Source of the DNA: a virus
Taxonomy: Duplodnaviria; Caudoviricetes
Virus record (IMG/VR): IMGVR_UViG_3300036944_001184
Coordinates: 1 to 58,166 of that record
Strand: one strand, 5' to 3'
DNA: 58,166 nucleotides
A program made the position numbers and the translations under genes. Under the pieces are notes generated by a model, which searched no databases, had not been told where the DNA came from, and was given only the letters and a program-made list of their open reading frames with translations. Every line of letters begins with the position of its first letter. Within the stretch, counting starts at the first letter, position 1. Positions 27,187 to 36,334 of this stretch are shown here, in pieces.

Positions 27187-27502
27187 AATCGACCGCACCA
27201 TCAGCCGGGATAGTGATTACGGATTCGCGATCACCTTCTTGGACGATAACGACGATCCCGTAACCGGGGTCGATTTCACTTGTGCCGTTCGCCTGAAGTA
27301 CAAGACGCCGATCGTCACAAGCTTTGAGGTCGCCGAGGATGCGCCCGGCGTCTACACGTTCGTGCTCACCCGCGCCAAGACCCGCCTGCTTTCGCCCAAC
27401 CTGACCTACACCTACGATGTCGCCTACAGCCGCGACGGGGCAGTGACCCGCCCCATCTACGGCAATCTGACCATCCTCGGTGACATTTCCCCAATCGACT
27501 AA
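27176..27502 (+). CDS. Tail fibre adaptor / Ig-like virion protein
   Basis: Beta-rich, YTYDV...PIYGNLTI motif, precedes the tail fibre. Confidence 0.55.
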   Translation: MATEIDRTISRDSDYGFAITFLDDNDDPVTGVDFTCAVRLKYKTPIVTSFEVAEDAPGVYTFVLTRAKTRLLSPNLTYTYDVAYSRDGAVTRPIYGNLTILGDISPID

Positions 27503-30126
27503 TGCCTCTCCTCGTAGACTCTGCTGGTGATGACGTGACGCTGATCCTATCGGATGTCGGCGCTACAGGTCCGTCTGGAACCATCACGGTTGGAACTACC
27601 ACCACGTTGTCCGCTGGGGCGAGCGCCACTGTAACCAACAGCGGGACGTCTACTGCGGCGGTCTTCAACTTCGGTATTCCTCGTGGGGCTACTGGCGCAA
27701 CCGGAGCCGCAGGCCCGAACACGGTTACTACCTCGACCACGACTGACCTAAGCGGGTTGCTGAAAGGTACAGGAGGCAACATTGCACTCGCTGTGGCCGG
27801 GAGCGATTATGTGCATCCAACAGTGGCAGTTATCATTGACCCTGAAAAATCTATTGTCGTTTCACCTGACGGTACTGACGGCGATAGGGGCACGGCACTA
27901 CTGGCTGCTTATGCGGCAGCTAAATTGCTGACTCCGGGAGGCGCAGCCCTGTCTCGGACTAACCGGGCTCAAGTGGTCCTACCCCCAGGCAAATACAAGA
28001 TTGATACCACGTTGATTCTCGACACGGATTTTGTCGATCTGGTTGCACTCGTTCCCGAAAAAGGCGGGGACCGACAGCCCACAGACACGGATCTCCCGAT
28101 GGCCAACCCGACCGAGACCATCGTGGTCAACAGCAGGGACTCCTTCCGGCCATCGCCCACACTGGTCTACACCGAGACGGTGAAAATCTCGACCATCTTG
28201 CAGGACTGCAATGACACCCGCCTTGTGGGGTTCAGCATCGCCCAACTTTCCGCAGGATGGAGAGCCAATGAGGATGTCTATACATCGGTCGGAGCTTTCA
28301 AGATCGGCGACGTTGACAACAGCGCGTCTATCTACGACACGATGTACTTCTGGACGGTCTGCACCGAGAACTTCTTCGGGGGTGGAGTTGCTGCTTATCG
28401 GGATTTCGATGGTGGGTGGACAAACTGCATCGGGAATGGCTTCTCATTCGTAATTGGGAAAGGCACGTTTGACCCAACCTTTGAGACCAGTGACGTATAT
28501 GACGGCAAGTTTCGTGCCCGGATGCGTGACTGCCAAGGTGGCGTATTTTCATTCATCGGTGACGGGCTTGAGGACCCTTCGGCGGATAACGCTGCCATCG
28601 GCTGCAAGCTCATTCGATGCAAGGCCATCGGCAAATGGTCGGACGCGGATACAGATTCAGGGAAAGGATCGTTCGGCGGCTGCGGTTTCGTCGGGGTGGA
28701 CATAGATGCGGCTTGCTACCTTGAGGAGTGTGAAGCCGGAAACGGGTCGTTCGGTCTCGGGAAGCAAGTGTCCGCTGAAATCGTTCGGTGCGTGGGTGGG
28801 GATTTCTGTTTTGCCTCAGACGGAATCTTCTCAGGCGTGGCGGTTGATTCATCGGCAGGACTTTCTTCCTTTGGTGGGACGAACACCAACACGACTACCT
28901 CTTACTGCGACGGTGAACTGCTTCGATGCACCTACAAGGCAGGAAGCTGGCCCACCAACTTGGCGGGCGCTATTCTCACAAATTGCAGCGTCACCCAAGT
29001 CACCACCAATCGGGATTGTATCCGACTTCTGGATGGTAATTCGGTGCTGACCAACTGTGATTTTCGGGTGGTCTCTGGTGGAACCGGGGTCCCAATCAAC
29101 GCGGCCACCGCGAAGTCAGCCGCGATCTACCATTGCCGCCTGAACAACGTCGCATTTGACCCGGACGGACTCGGATCAAATGTCACGAATATCGCGGACA
29201 GTGTGATCAACGGTAATGCCGAAACCTCATCAGCGGCTCTTGGGCTCAAGAGCGCCACCACCACGGTTTCTGTTGCATCGGCGACCGCGCCAACAGCCAG
29301 ACAGGCGTTGGTCGCAACGAGTGGAACGGCGGCAGCATGGACGACTTACGGTGACCTATGCACGGTTGGGCCAAGTGAAGTCTCGATCACTGGCACCACC
29401 ACACTGACAAGCGCCGCGTTCGGTAAGCAGCACGTCTGCTCGGGTACGTCTTCGGATTATGCGGTCACCCTGCCTACCGCTTCAGGGAATGCAGGGCGCA
29501 TCACCTCTCTCCGAATGTCAGCGGCTCTTACCAAGTTCGTGACAATCACGGCGGCTGGCTCCGACCTGATCGACGGCACCTCCACCCGGATCATGTGGGC
29601 TCAAGAGTCCGCTGTTCTGCTTTGCGATGGGGCTAACTGGACGAAGATTGCAGGCAAGCCACGCCCCATGTCTTTTGTCGGACAGAACACATCGGGAGTG
29701 ACCGTTTTGAACGAGGAACTGACACCGATCAGCGCCGCCACTCCACTGTCCAACCCGACCGGAGCGATGACAACCACCTTGTCAGGCTCCACGGTTGTTA
29801 TCATTCGCAGGCCGGGCAAGTATGCGGTGTCCACGACCATCTCGATGACGCGAGCCGGGTCCGCTCCCGGGTTTATATCTTACAACTTCCCGCTGAAAAA
29901 TTCAGTGGATACGACGTTCTCCAACCCCCAGTTCTCGTCACTTGTCCCAACAGCAACCGATGGAGCCGCGACTTTTTCGGTCATCAATCTCACCTCGAAT
30001 ATTGACTTCGCCCTGTCCGACACCATCTGCATGGGCGCTTTCCAAGCGTCAGGAGCGACCATGACCACCATCACCGACGCCGAGCTTTGCCCGACAATCT
30101 CAGTTGTTGAATGCCCCGATTGGTGA
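27502..30126 (+). CDS. Tail fibre/tailspike (beta-helix, Cys/Gly-rich)
   Basis: 874 aa, collagen-like GATGATG, LPPGKYKI beta-helix start, S/T/G-rich. Confidence 0.8.
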   Translation: MPLLVDSAGDDVTLILSDVGATGPSGTITVGTTTTLSAGASATVTNSGTSTAAVFNFGIPRGATGATGAAGPNTVTTSTTTDLSGLLKGTGGNIALAVAGSDYVHPTVAVIIDPEKSIVVSPDGTDGDRGTALLAAYAAAKLLTPGGAALSRTNRAQVVLPPGKYKIDTTLILDTDFVDLVALVPEKGGDRQPTDTDLPMANPTETIVVNSRDSFRPSPTLVYTETVKISTILQDCNDTRLVGFSIAQLSAGWRANEDVYTSVGAFKIGDVDNSASIYDTMYFWTVCTENFFGGGVAAYRDFDGGWTNCIGNGFSFVIGKGTFDPTFETSDVYDGKFRARMRDCQGGVFSFIGDGLEDPSADNAAIGCKLIRCKAIGKWSDADTDSGKGSFGGCGFVGVDIDAACYLEECEAGNGSFGLGKQVSAEIVRCVGGDFCFASDGIFSGVAVDSSAGLSSFGGTNTNTTTSYCDGELLRCTYKAGSWPTNLAGAILTNCSVTQVTTNRDCIRLLDGNSVLTNCDFRVVSGGTGVPINAATAKSAAIYHCRLNNVAFDPDGLGSNVTNIADSVINGNAETSSAALGLKSATTTVSVASATAPTARQALVATSGTAAAWTTYGDLCTVGPSEVSITGTTTLTSAAFGKQHVCSGTSSDYAVTLPTASGNAGRITSLRMSAALTKFVTITAAGSDLIDGTSTRIMWAQESAVLLCDGANWTKIAGKPRPMSFVGQNTSGVTVLNEELTPISAATPLSNPTGAMTTTLSGSTVVIIRRPGKYAVSTTISMTRAGSAPGFISYNFPLKNSVDTTFSNPQFSSLVPTATDGAATFSVINLTSNIDFALSDTICMGAFQASGATMTTITDAELCPTISVVECPDW

Positions 30127-30153
30127 TGCTGGAGCCCGAACCACTTATCACTT

Positions 30154-31077
30154 ATGCCGATTGACCGAGTCACTCTCATTGTTTCCGATGCAGGAATTCC
30201 GGCTCCGCACGCGGCTTCTCACCAGTCTGGTGGCGGAGACGCCCTTGCTCTCGCCGTTGGTCAGATCGCCAGTGTTCCGACAGCACGACTCCTCGGTCGT
30301 TACACCGCAGGAACTGGAGTCGCCCAGACCATCTCTCTCGGCAGTGGCCTCACTCTTCCGTCTGGTGTTCTGACCCTAGGTGCGGAAATACTCGCCGTAT
30401 CAGGCGTGGCGACTACCGGATACCTGAAGCGCACTGGCACGGCAACCTACACGAGCGCGGCTACAGTTCCCTACTCTGATCTCGCCTCAATCCCCGCCGC
30501 AATCGACGCTCTGGACGGACTCACTCCTGCGGCCAATAGATTTCCATACTTCACGGGCAGCTCATCAGCTGCTCTCGGCACTGTGTCTGCTTTCGGTCTC
30601 ACACTTGTGGACGACGCGGACGCTATCGCCGCGCGCACTACTCTTGGCTTGGGCACCCTCGCCACCCAGAACGGAACCTTCAGCGGCACATGTTCTGGCA
30701 CGAACACCGGGGACCAGACGATCACCCTCACGGGCGACGTGACCGGCTCCGGGACTGGGTCTTTCTCCGCGACGATCGCCAATGATGCGGTGACCTACGC
30801 CAAGATGCAGAACGTCTCTGCAACGGACAAGATCCTCGGCAGGTCCACTTCTGGTGCAGGTAACGTGGAAGAGATCACTTGCACACCAATTGCAAGGACT
30901 TTCCTAGCCGCCGCGGACGCCCCTAACCAGCGCGCTGTTCTGGGTCTGGAAACTATCGCCCTCCTTCCAGCGCCCACAGGCCCTTACGCAGACGACACCG
31001 AAGCAGCCGCGGGCGGTATTGCCGTGAACTGCTTGTACTACACAGCCGCTGGAGTCATTCAAATTCGCCTCACTTAA
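30154..31077 (+). CDS. Tail fibre protein
   Basis: ARTTLGLG, TGTNTGDQTITLTGDVTG fibre motifs. Confidence 0.8.
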   Translation: MPIDRVTLIVSDAGIPAPHAASHQSGGGDALALAVGQIASVPTARLLGRYTAGTGVAQTISLGSGLTLPSGVLTLGAEILAVSGVATTGYLKRTGTATYTSAATVPYSDLASIPAAIDALDGLTPAANRFPYFTGSSSAALGTVSAFGLTLVDDADAIAARTTLGLGTLATQNGTFSGTCSGTNTGDQTITLTGDVTGSGTGSFSATIANDAVTYAKMQNVSATDKILGRSTSGAGNVEEITCTPIARTFLAAADAPNQRAVLGLETIALLPAPTGPYADDTEAAAGGIAVNCLYYTAAGVIQIRLT

Positions 31078-32621
31078 TGTCTATCTCAATCTCAGACCTC
31101 TCGCCAGTACGGCAGAAGCTCAAGGCGTTCGTTACCCCGGACGTCGCGGACTACATCGTGTCTGAAACCGTGGACACTTCCAAACGGGAGATCCCCGAGT
31201 TCGGAACCCCACACCCGAACGATAAGAGCTACCCGAACCACATTTTCTGTTTCGCCCAGCCAACGTCGGACGAGCAGGGGCTTCTTTACCGGTTCTTCTA
31301 CGCCGCGCCGCGGGAGAATCAGGACGAGTACAACTGGGAGCACACGGTCGCCGACATCGGCGGCAACAAGTTCAGCGCGGTCACCCGCACCTATGTCAAC
31401 CTTCGTGACGGCTACGTCCCACTCACGCCGACCATGGGCACCGCGATGCCTGACGCTCCGGCGGGCTTGTTCACCGAAGAGTTCATCCTCGCCTCCCGCG
31501 AAGAAAAACGAATCGGGGATCGGGAACTCGATTCAGTATTCATTGTTGAGCAGCTGACTTACGTCAAGCGGGTCACAATCACCGAGGTCACTGTCCGCCC
31601 AAAGACCGGCAAGGGGGACGTCGATGTCACCACGCTGTACTACCGTGGGGAAATCTACTCAGGAAGCACCACGATTGAAGACGCGGTGGACACCTTCGAC
31701 TGGGACGCGAATGGTGATGGCACTTTCAAAAGTGTCAACCAGCTGTCGGAAAACTGGTTCGCGGTTACTGACAAGACTTTTATCGACACGGATACCATCT
31801 ACCGGAGGACCTCTTCCAAACTTCGCCCGCCGCAGTTCTTCTGTCCGCAGGCAGTCAGCACGGACACCGTCACTACTGTATCGACTGGGGTCCCCTCAAC
31901 TGCAACTGCGGGCGACCAACAGGAGATCGTCGTCGATAAAGTCGGCCTAGTTCAGACGGTTTCCACTACCACCCAGTCGGGCAGCCCAAGCACTCTGGTA
32001 GGGACGGACCTAGACGAGCGGACTGGAGCCACGTTCACCGTGACTCAGGAGTCGGTCCTCAAGGCTGCGGTCGCTCCAACCTCGGTCACTTCCGATGGTC
32101 AGCTTGTCACCTACCGGGCGGTGGATGCCTGCCAAGCCATCAGGGAAACCCGGACTGTGTTCAGCACTGAGATCCGCGAGTGGGACATGATTGTCAACTA
32201 CGAGTGGCCCCCGGTCCTTACGGATTTTGCTTTCACTTTCTGGACTCAGAACGCTGGGCGCATGATCGCGCTTCCGGACTTCACTTACAAGCAGGGCTTC
32301 TCTGGCCCGCAGGTAGCGCATGTTCGCCAATGGGTTCAGCTCGATCCGCCTACGGTCACGTCGCCCAATCAGATGATCCCGCAAGGGGCGAAGTTCAACT
32401 CTCCGTTGGTGGACTTTACAATCCCGCCGTGCCTGCATGAGGAAATCACCGGCACATGCTTCATCGGCGCGGACGATCCGGAATGGAACGAGGCTACATA
32501 CAGCAAGGTTTTTCCGGCCACCAATTTCACTGACTGGCCCGACAGCATTGTGTGGACCGAGTCCGACCCCTTCAATGGTGGCTATCGAGTTACTGAGTAC
32601 ACTCTCCCACGACCAGAATGA
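31077..32621 (+). CDS. Tail structural protein
   Basis: 514 aa, Thr/Val-rich beta protein in the tail cluster. Confidence 0.6.
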   Translation: MSISISDLSPVRQKLKAFVTPDVADYIVSETVDTSKREIPEFGTPHPNDKSYPNHIFCFAQPTSDEQGLLYRFFYAAPRENQDEYNWEHTVADIGGNKFSAVTRTYVNLRDGYVPLTPTMGTAMPDAPAGLFTEEFILASREEKRIGDRELDSVFIVEQLTYVKRVTITEVTVRPKTGKGDVDVTTLYYRGEIYSGSTTIEDAVDTFDWDANGDGTFKSVNQLSENWFAVTDKTFIDTDTIYRRTSSKLRPPQFFCPQAVSTDTVTTVSTGVPSTATAGDQQEIVVDKVGLVQTVSTTTQSGSPSTLVGTDLDERTGATFTVTQESVLKAAVAPTSVTSDGQLVTYRAVDACQAIRETRTVFSTEIREWDMIVNYEWPPVLTDFAFTFWTQNAGRMIALPDFTYKQGFSGPQVAHVRQWVQLDPPTVTSPNQMIPQGAKFNSPLVDFTIPPCLHEEITGTCFIGADDPEWNEATYSKVFPATNFTDWPDSIVWTESDPFNGGYRVTEYTLPRPE

Positions 32622-33196
32622 ACAACGTAGAAATTCCTTCGCCCGGGCAGGACCAGAGCGGGCAGGCACAATTTCCAACTGGCGCGACTTCGCGGATGGG
32701 TCGGGAATCCGGACTTCCGCGGCCTTCTTTTCCTGAAGTGGGGCGCATCCCCAAGACTCCATTTGAGATCGAGGTTCGGACTACCAGTCAAACGGGAAAG
32801 GCTTTTCCCTTCTACGAGAGCCTCTACCCACACGCTTTCTACGGCCAGCGCACCGAGTCTGGGGTGCTCATCTACCCGGGGTTGCTTATTGCGTACATCG
32901 AGAGCAGCCAAGGGGGTACGGCGGTCCAGACATTCTACGAGCCAGACGGTTTGACGACATCTCCGCTGTTCGTCTCTGCTGGGAGCGGAGATGCTGTGTG
33001 CCTCAAGTTTGACATCGACGCTACAAGCTACGCGATTACTAATGTCTTGGTCGAGGTCGGCACGCCCGGGCTTTTTCCGGCTGGGGCCGGGGGAACCTGC
33101 GCCGTAGAGATCGGCACCGTTACGTCAAATGGGTTTGCCCAGAAGCTTCGCAGCGATTTCTACTACACCAGCATCTACTCCGACGATGCCCCATGA
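32618..33196 (+). CDS. Hypothetical virion protein
   Basis: Coupled ORF in the tail cluster. Confidence 0.6.
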   Translation: MNNVEIPSPGQDQSGQAQFPTGATSRMGRESGLPRPSFPEVGRIPKTPFEIEVRTTSQTGKAFPFYESLYPHAFYGQRTESGVLIYPGLLIAYIESSQGGTAVQTFYEPDGLTTSPLFVSAGSGDAVCLKFDIDATSYAITNVLVEVGTPGLFPAGAGGTCAVEIGTVTSNGFAQKLRSDFYYTSIYSDDAP

Positions 33197-33828
33197 TCGG
33201 CCTTCTGGTATTCACCTGCGCCAAAGATCGGTTGCTCACGCCGCTGTGCATCGAGGCGTTGCAGCGCGTCCCGGACGCAAGGATTATCGTCTGTGACGAC
33301 GAGCAATTCCCGTCCGGTGTCGAAGGTTACCCGGTCATCCCGTGGAGCATGCGCGGCGAAGGCGGCTGGGCAGGGGGCATCACCCGAGCACTCGCGGAGG
33401 CGCACCGCAGGTTCCCGGAGTGCGACGCTTTCGCCACGGTGGACGCCGACATCGTGATTCTCGATCCCAGCTTCTTCGATCTCCCCGAAGGCTGCGCCGT
33501 GCGCGGGTGCCCTCGCCCACAGAATCGTGGCTGGTTCTCGTTGCGGGTGTTCTGGGCGGAGATGGTGCCACTGCTCCAAGGACTTTCCGGGCAGGAGGAG
33601 GACAAGGTCATCGGTGAGGCCCTGAAGCGGGAGAGCTACGGTCGGTTCGTGGAGGACGGAATGCTCGTCGCCTCGCAGGAGATGAACCCTTCGATGGCTG
33701 CGTTACAGCGGCTCAGAGCCCACGCGGTTCACGTTGGGCAGTTCTATGGCGATCACGAAACCCGTGAGAAAGCCCTGATTCAAGCAGAAAACATTGTTCA
33801 AGCCCTGCGTAGCGAAGTCGCGCCTTGA
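33193..33828 (+). CDS. GT-A fold glycosyltransferase
   Basis: LLVFTC..DR, IIVCDD, FATVDADIVIL (DxD motif). Confidence 0.65.
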   Translation: MIGLLVFTCAKDRLLTPLCIEALQRVPDARIIVCDDEQFPSGVEGYPVIPWSMRGEGGWAGGITRALAEAHRRFPECDAFATVDADIVILDPSFFDLPEGCAVRGCPRPQNRGWFSLRVFWAEMVPLLQGLSGQEEDKVIGEALKRESYGRFVEDGMLVASQEMNPSMAALQRLRAHAVHVGQFYGDHETREKALIQAENIVQALRSEVAP

Positions 33829-33859
33829 ATCCCTTATCATTTACCAGTATCCTTTCACC

Positions 33860-34846
33860 ATGCCTGCACTCACTGCCGCACAGATTTCCCAGCAACTAGG
33901 CCAGTACATCGAGCCGGGTGGGGACTTTCTTGCCGCCCTGAACCAAGTACTGCCAAGAGTCTATTCGATGGGCTTCTGGCGTGATACCATGTACGAGATC
34001 CAGCTGGACGCTGGCAATGGTTACGTGAGCCTTCCAGAGGACACCGAGTCGGTCCTGTCGGCGACTGTGGACAACCTCCCTCGCCCGGTGCGCAACATGT
34101 GGCACGACATCCGCATGATCGGAAGGCAGGAACAGGTACCCGGGTACTACGGTCTGATTGACCTTGGCTACTCGCCTGTTGCAGTGGACCTGACCACGGC
34201 TTACGGGGTTACTGACGAGGCGGACCTTGACTTCATTTTTGCGGATGGGTTTAGCATTTTCAGAGCTGGGGAGCAGACCGAGCTGACCTTGGAAGAGGTC
34301 GCGGGATCAACGATCGAAGTGAAGGCCCTCAACTCATCTACCGGGCAGTTTTCCACTGGAAATATCGGTTTGAATGGTGACGGCCCAGATTGCCTCATCG
34401 TGTTCGACAACGAAACTTTTCAAAGAGTGCTGTCCGTTTCTTACTCGGACCTCCCGTTTGACATAGACGTGAGGGTCACATTCGATAATGTGGACTACAC
34501 GACGATCGCCTCGCTCCCTGCTGGAAGCGGGGTCACCCAGTTCCGTCGCTTCAAGGTCACTGACGCCCGTACCGATTCAGTAGTCACGCTTCTCGTAAAA
34601 CGGAAAGCCCCATACCTGACTTCTGGTGAGGGGATCGTGCATCTCGGAAACATCAACGCCCTCAAGCACGCTCTGCTTGGGCGGATCGCCGAGGACAACG
34701 CTGACGTTCAGCGCGCCAATTACCACTGGGGTGTATGCAAGCAAATGCTCGAAGAAGAGCTGGATGCTTCACGCGGTTCCGCCCGACCGATGATCCAACT
34801 ATCCGGCTTCGGTGAAGGAGCCTCTCGCCCATTCAACCTCTACTAA
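33860..34846 (+). CDS. Head-tail adaptor / tail tubular protein-like
   Basis: YVSLPED...helical C-terminus; TTGAAT-17-TATCCT promoter 6 nt upstream. Confidence 0.55.
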   Translation: MPALTAAQISQQLGQYIEPGGDFLAALNQVLPRVYSMGFWRDTMYEIQLDAGNGYVSLPEDTESVLSATVDNLPRPVRNMWHDIRMIGRQEQVPGYYGLIDLGYSPVAVDLTTAYGVTDEADLDFIFADGFSIFRAGEQTELTLEEVAGSTIEVKALNSSTGQFSTGNIGLNGDGPDCLIVFDNETFQRVLSVSYSDLPFDIDVRVTFDNVDYTTIASLPAGSGVTQFRRFKVTDARTDSVVTLLVKRKAPYLTSGEGIVHLGNINALKHALLGRIAEDNADVQRANYHWGVCKQMLEEELDASRGSARPMIQLSGFGEGASRPFNLY

Positions 34847-34847
34847 C

Positions 34848-35099
34848 ATGCTAGTCAAACAACCCGCCCGATTCTACGGGGCCGTAACCGAAGTAGGAAC
34901 AACCGCAATCACGGGGCAGTTCTCCGAGATTCATTGCATCACCGCCACCACGTTCGCCACGTTGACCGATCTGACGCACAGCGGAGATGTCGCGACCGGG
35001 TTCGCCTATCCCGCAGGATTCATCCTGTACGGGAACTTCACGGCGTTCACCCTTACGAGCGGCTCCGTGCGCGCTTACGTCGCCGGGCCTCTTGGTTGA
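34848..35099 (+). CDS. Small virion protein
   Basis: ...YGNFTAFTLTSGSVRAY beta-rich motif. Confidence 0.6.
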   Translation: MLVKQPARFYGAVTEVGTTAITGQFSEIHCITATTFATLTDLTHSGDVATGFAYPAGFILYGNFTAFTLTSGSVRAYVAGPLG

Positions 35100-35484
35100 G
35101 GCGGGCTTCCTTCTTCTCTATCAGCTCTCCGATCCTCTCGATCGTTGAGCTGAAGAAGTATGCGTAGGCTTCATCGTTCGCCGGGTCAAACTTCTGCCCG
35201 CGCTCGGCGAGCAGGATATTGCAGGCGTGGAAGCATTCATGCGCCAGCGTGCCCCAGCTGGAGGGGTCGGACCTCCAAGCTCGCAGGTAGATCAGCACGT
35301 CCGCGCCCCCACGAGGACCGTCGAACTGCACGCACTGGCCCTCTGTCTCGGACTCGTCTTCAAGGAAGGTCTCGTACTGCTGCTCCAGAAGCTTGACGAA
35401 CTTCGGCAGGTCCAGCCCCCACACCACGTCGATCGTGGCATTCCAGCAGGCGTCGAATACGCGGACCTTCCTTGAGTGTCTCAT
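35053..35484 (-). CDS. Small HExxH metallopeptidase-like protein
   Basis: TLAHECFHAC...NDEAYAY. Confidence 0.7.
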   Translation of the reverse strand: MRHSRKVRVFDACWNATIDVVWGLDLPKFVKLLEQQYETFLEDESETEGQCVQFDGPRGGADVLIYLRAWRSDPSSWGTLAHECFHACNILLAERGQKFDPANDEAYAYFFSSTIERIGELIEKKEARLNQEARRRKRARSRS

Positions 35485-35747
35485 TGATCGTAGAGTCCTT
35501 TCACGATGGCGTCACTGAGCTGGGTCGGCGAGCCGCCGAAGGACTCCGCCGCATCCTTTGACACTTGTTCGATCCACTCGCCAAGCACTCCTTCCGGGGG
35601 TTCGCCGACGAGATTGACGTTCATTTTCACGTCTCCGGTATTCGTGATTGCGACTTCCACGTAGGAGCCCTCGAACGCGATGAAGTACAGTCGCACTTTT
35701 GGGGAACCCGGGAATACGGCTTGCGAGATTCGTGGTTGGGTTAGCAT
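35481..35747 (-). CDS. Hypothetical protein
   Basis: 88-aa coupled ORF. Confidence 0.6.
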   Translation of the reverse strand: MLTQPRISQAVFPGSPKVRLYFIAFEGSYVEVAITNTGDVKMNVNLVGEPPEGVLGEWIEQVSKDAAESFGGSPTQLSDAIVKGLYDQ

Positions 35748-35750
35748 AAG

Positions 35751-35957
35751 TTATTTGAGAGGCAGATGCACGTAGATTTTCATTGTCCCTGCATTGGCGT
35801 CACAACTCGCCCATAACCCCATCTCTTCGATAGCTTTTTCTCTAGTTGGGTGGCGCTCGCCGCTTTCCCATCTGGACCCGTCAGGACGGAAGCCGCGCAC
35901 AAACCAAGTGCGTTTGCGCGGGCTAGGGACAGCAAAGTCTGGATGGATTTGGGTCAT
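35751..35957 (-). CDS. Hypothetical protein
   Basis: 68-aa ORF filling the gap. Confidence 0.55.
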   Translation of the reverse strand: MTQIHPDFAVPSPRKRTWFVRGFRPDGSRWESGERHPTREKAIEEMGLWASCDANAGTMKIYVHLPLK

Positions 35958-35958
35958 G

Positions 35959-36330
35959 TCAATCTTCCCAGAGTCCTTTGGTTAGCAGGAATGCCTCTGC
36001 CCACTGTGCAGCAGTCGCGCGGTAGACGACCCACGGTTTTTCGTAGCTAGACCAGCCTATTACTCCGGCTGTTAGCCGGTCGTGGAACTGTTCCAGTTGC
36101 TTACTGTCCAAGGTCATGACCGCTTCGCGCATCGCGTTGAGGTCTTCAGTGTACTCTTCCCAGAATATAAATTCAGGGTCATAGCTAAGCCCTACAGCCC
36201 CACCGGGGTACTCGGTTATAATACACTTCTTGCCTGCTTTATCTTTTATCTCATACCCGTCTTCAGTAATACATACTAAGTGAGTTCCACAAAGCTCGGC
36301 CAATAGTAGCGTTTGTTTTCGTATAGTCAT
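35959..36330 (-). CDS. Hypothetical phage protein, similar to 4085-4456
   Basis: YTEDLNAMREA...ATAAQWAEAFLLTKGLW; AT-richer codons. Confidence 0.6.
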   Translation of the reverse strand: MTIRKQTLLLAELCGTHLVCITEDGYEIKDKAGKKCIITEYPGGAVGLSYDPEFIFWEEYTEDLNAMREAVMTLDSKQLEQFHDRLTAGVIGWSSYEKPWVVYRATAAQWAEAFLLTKGLWED

Positions 36331-36334
36331 CGTG

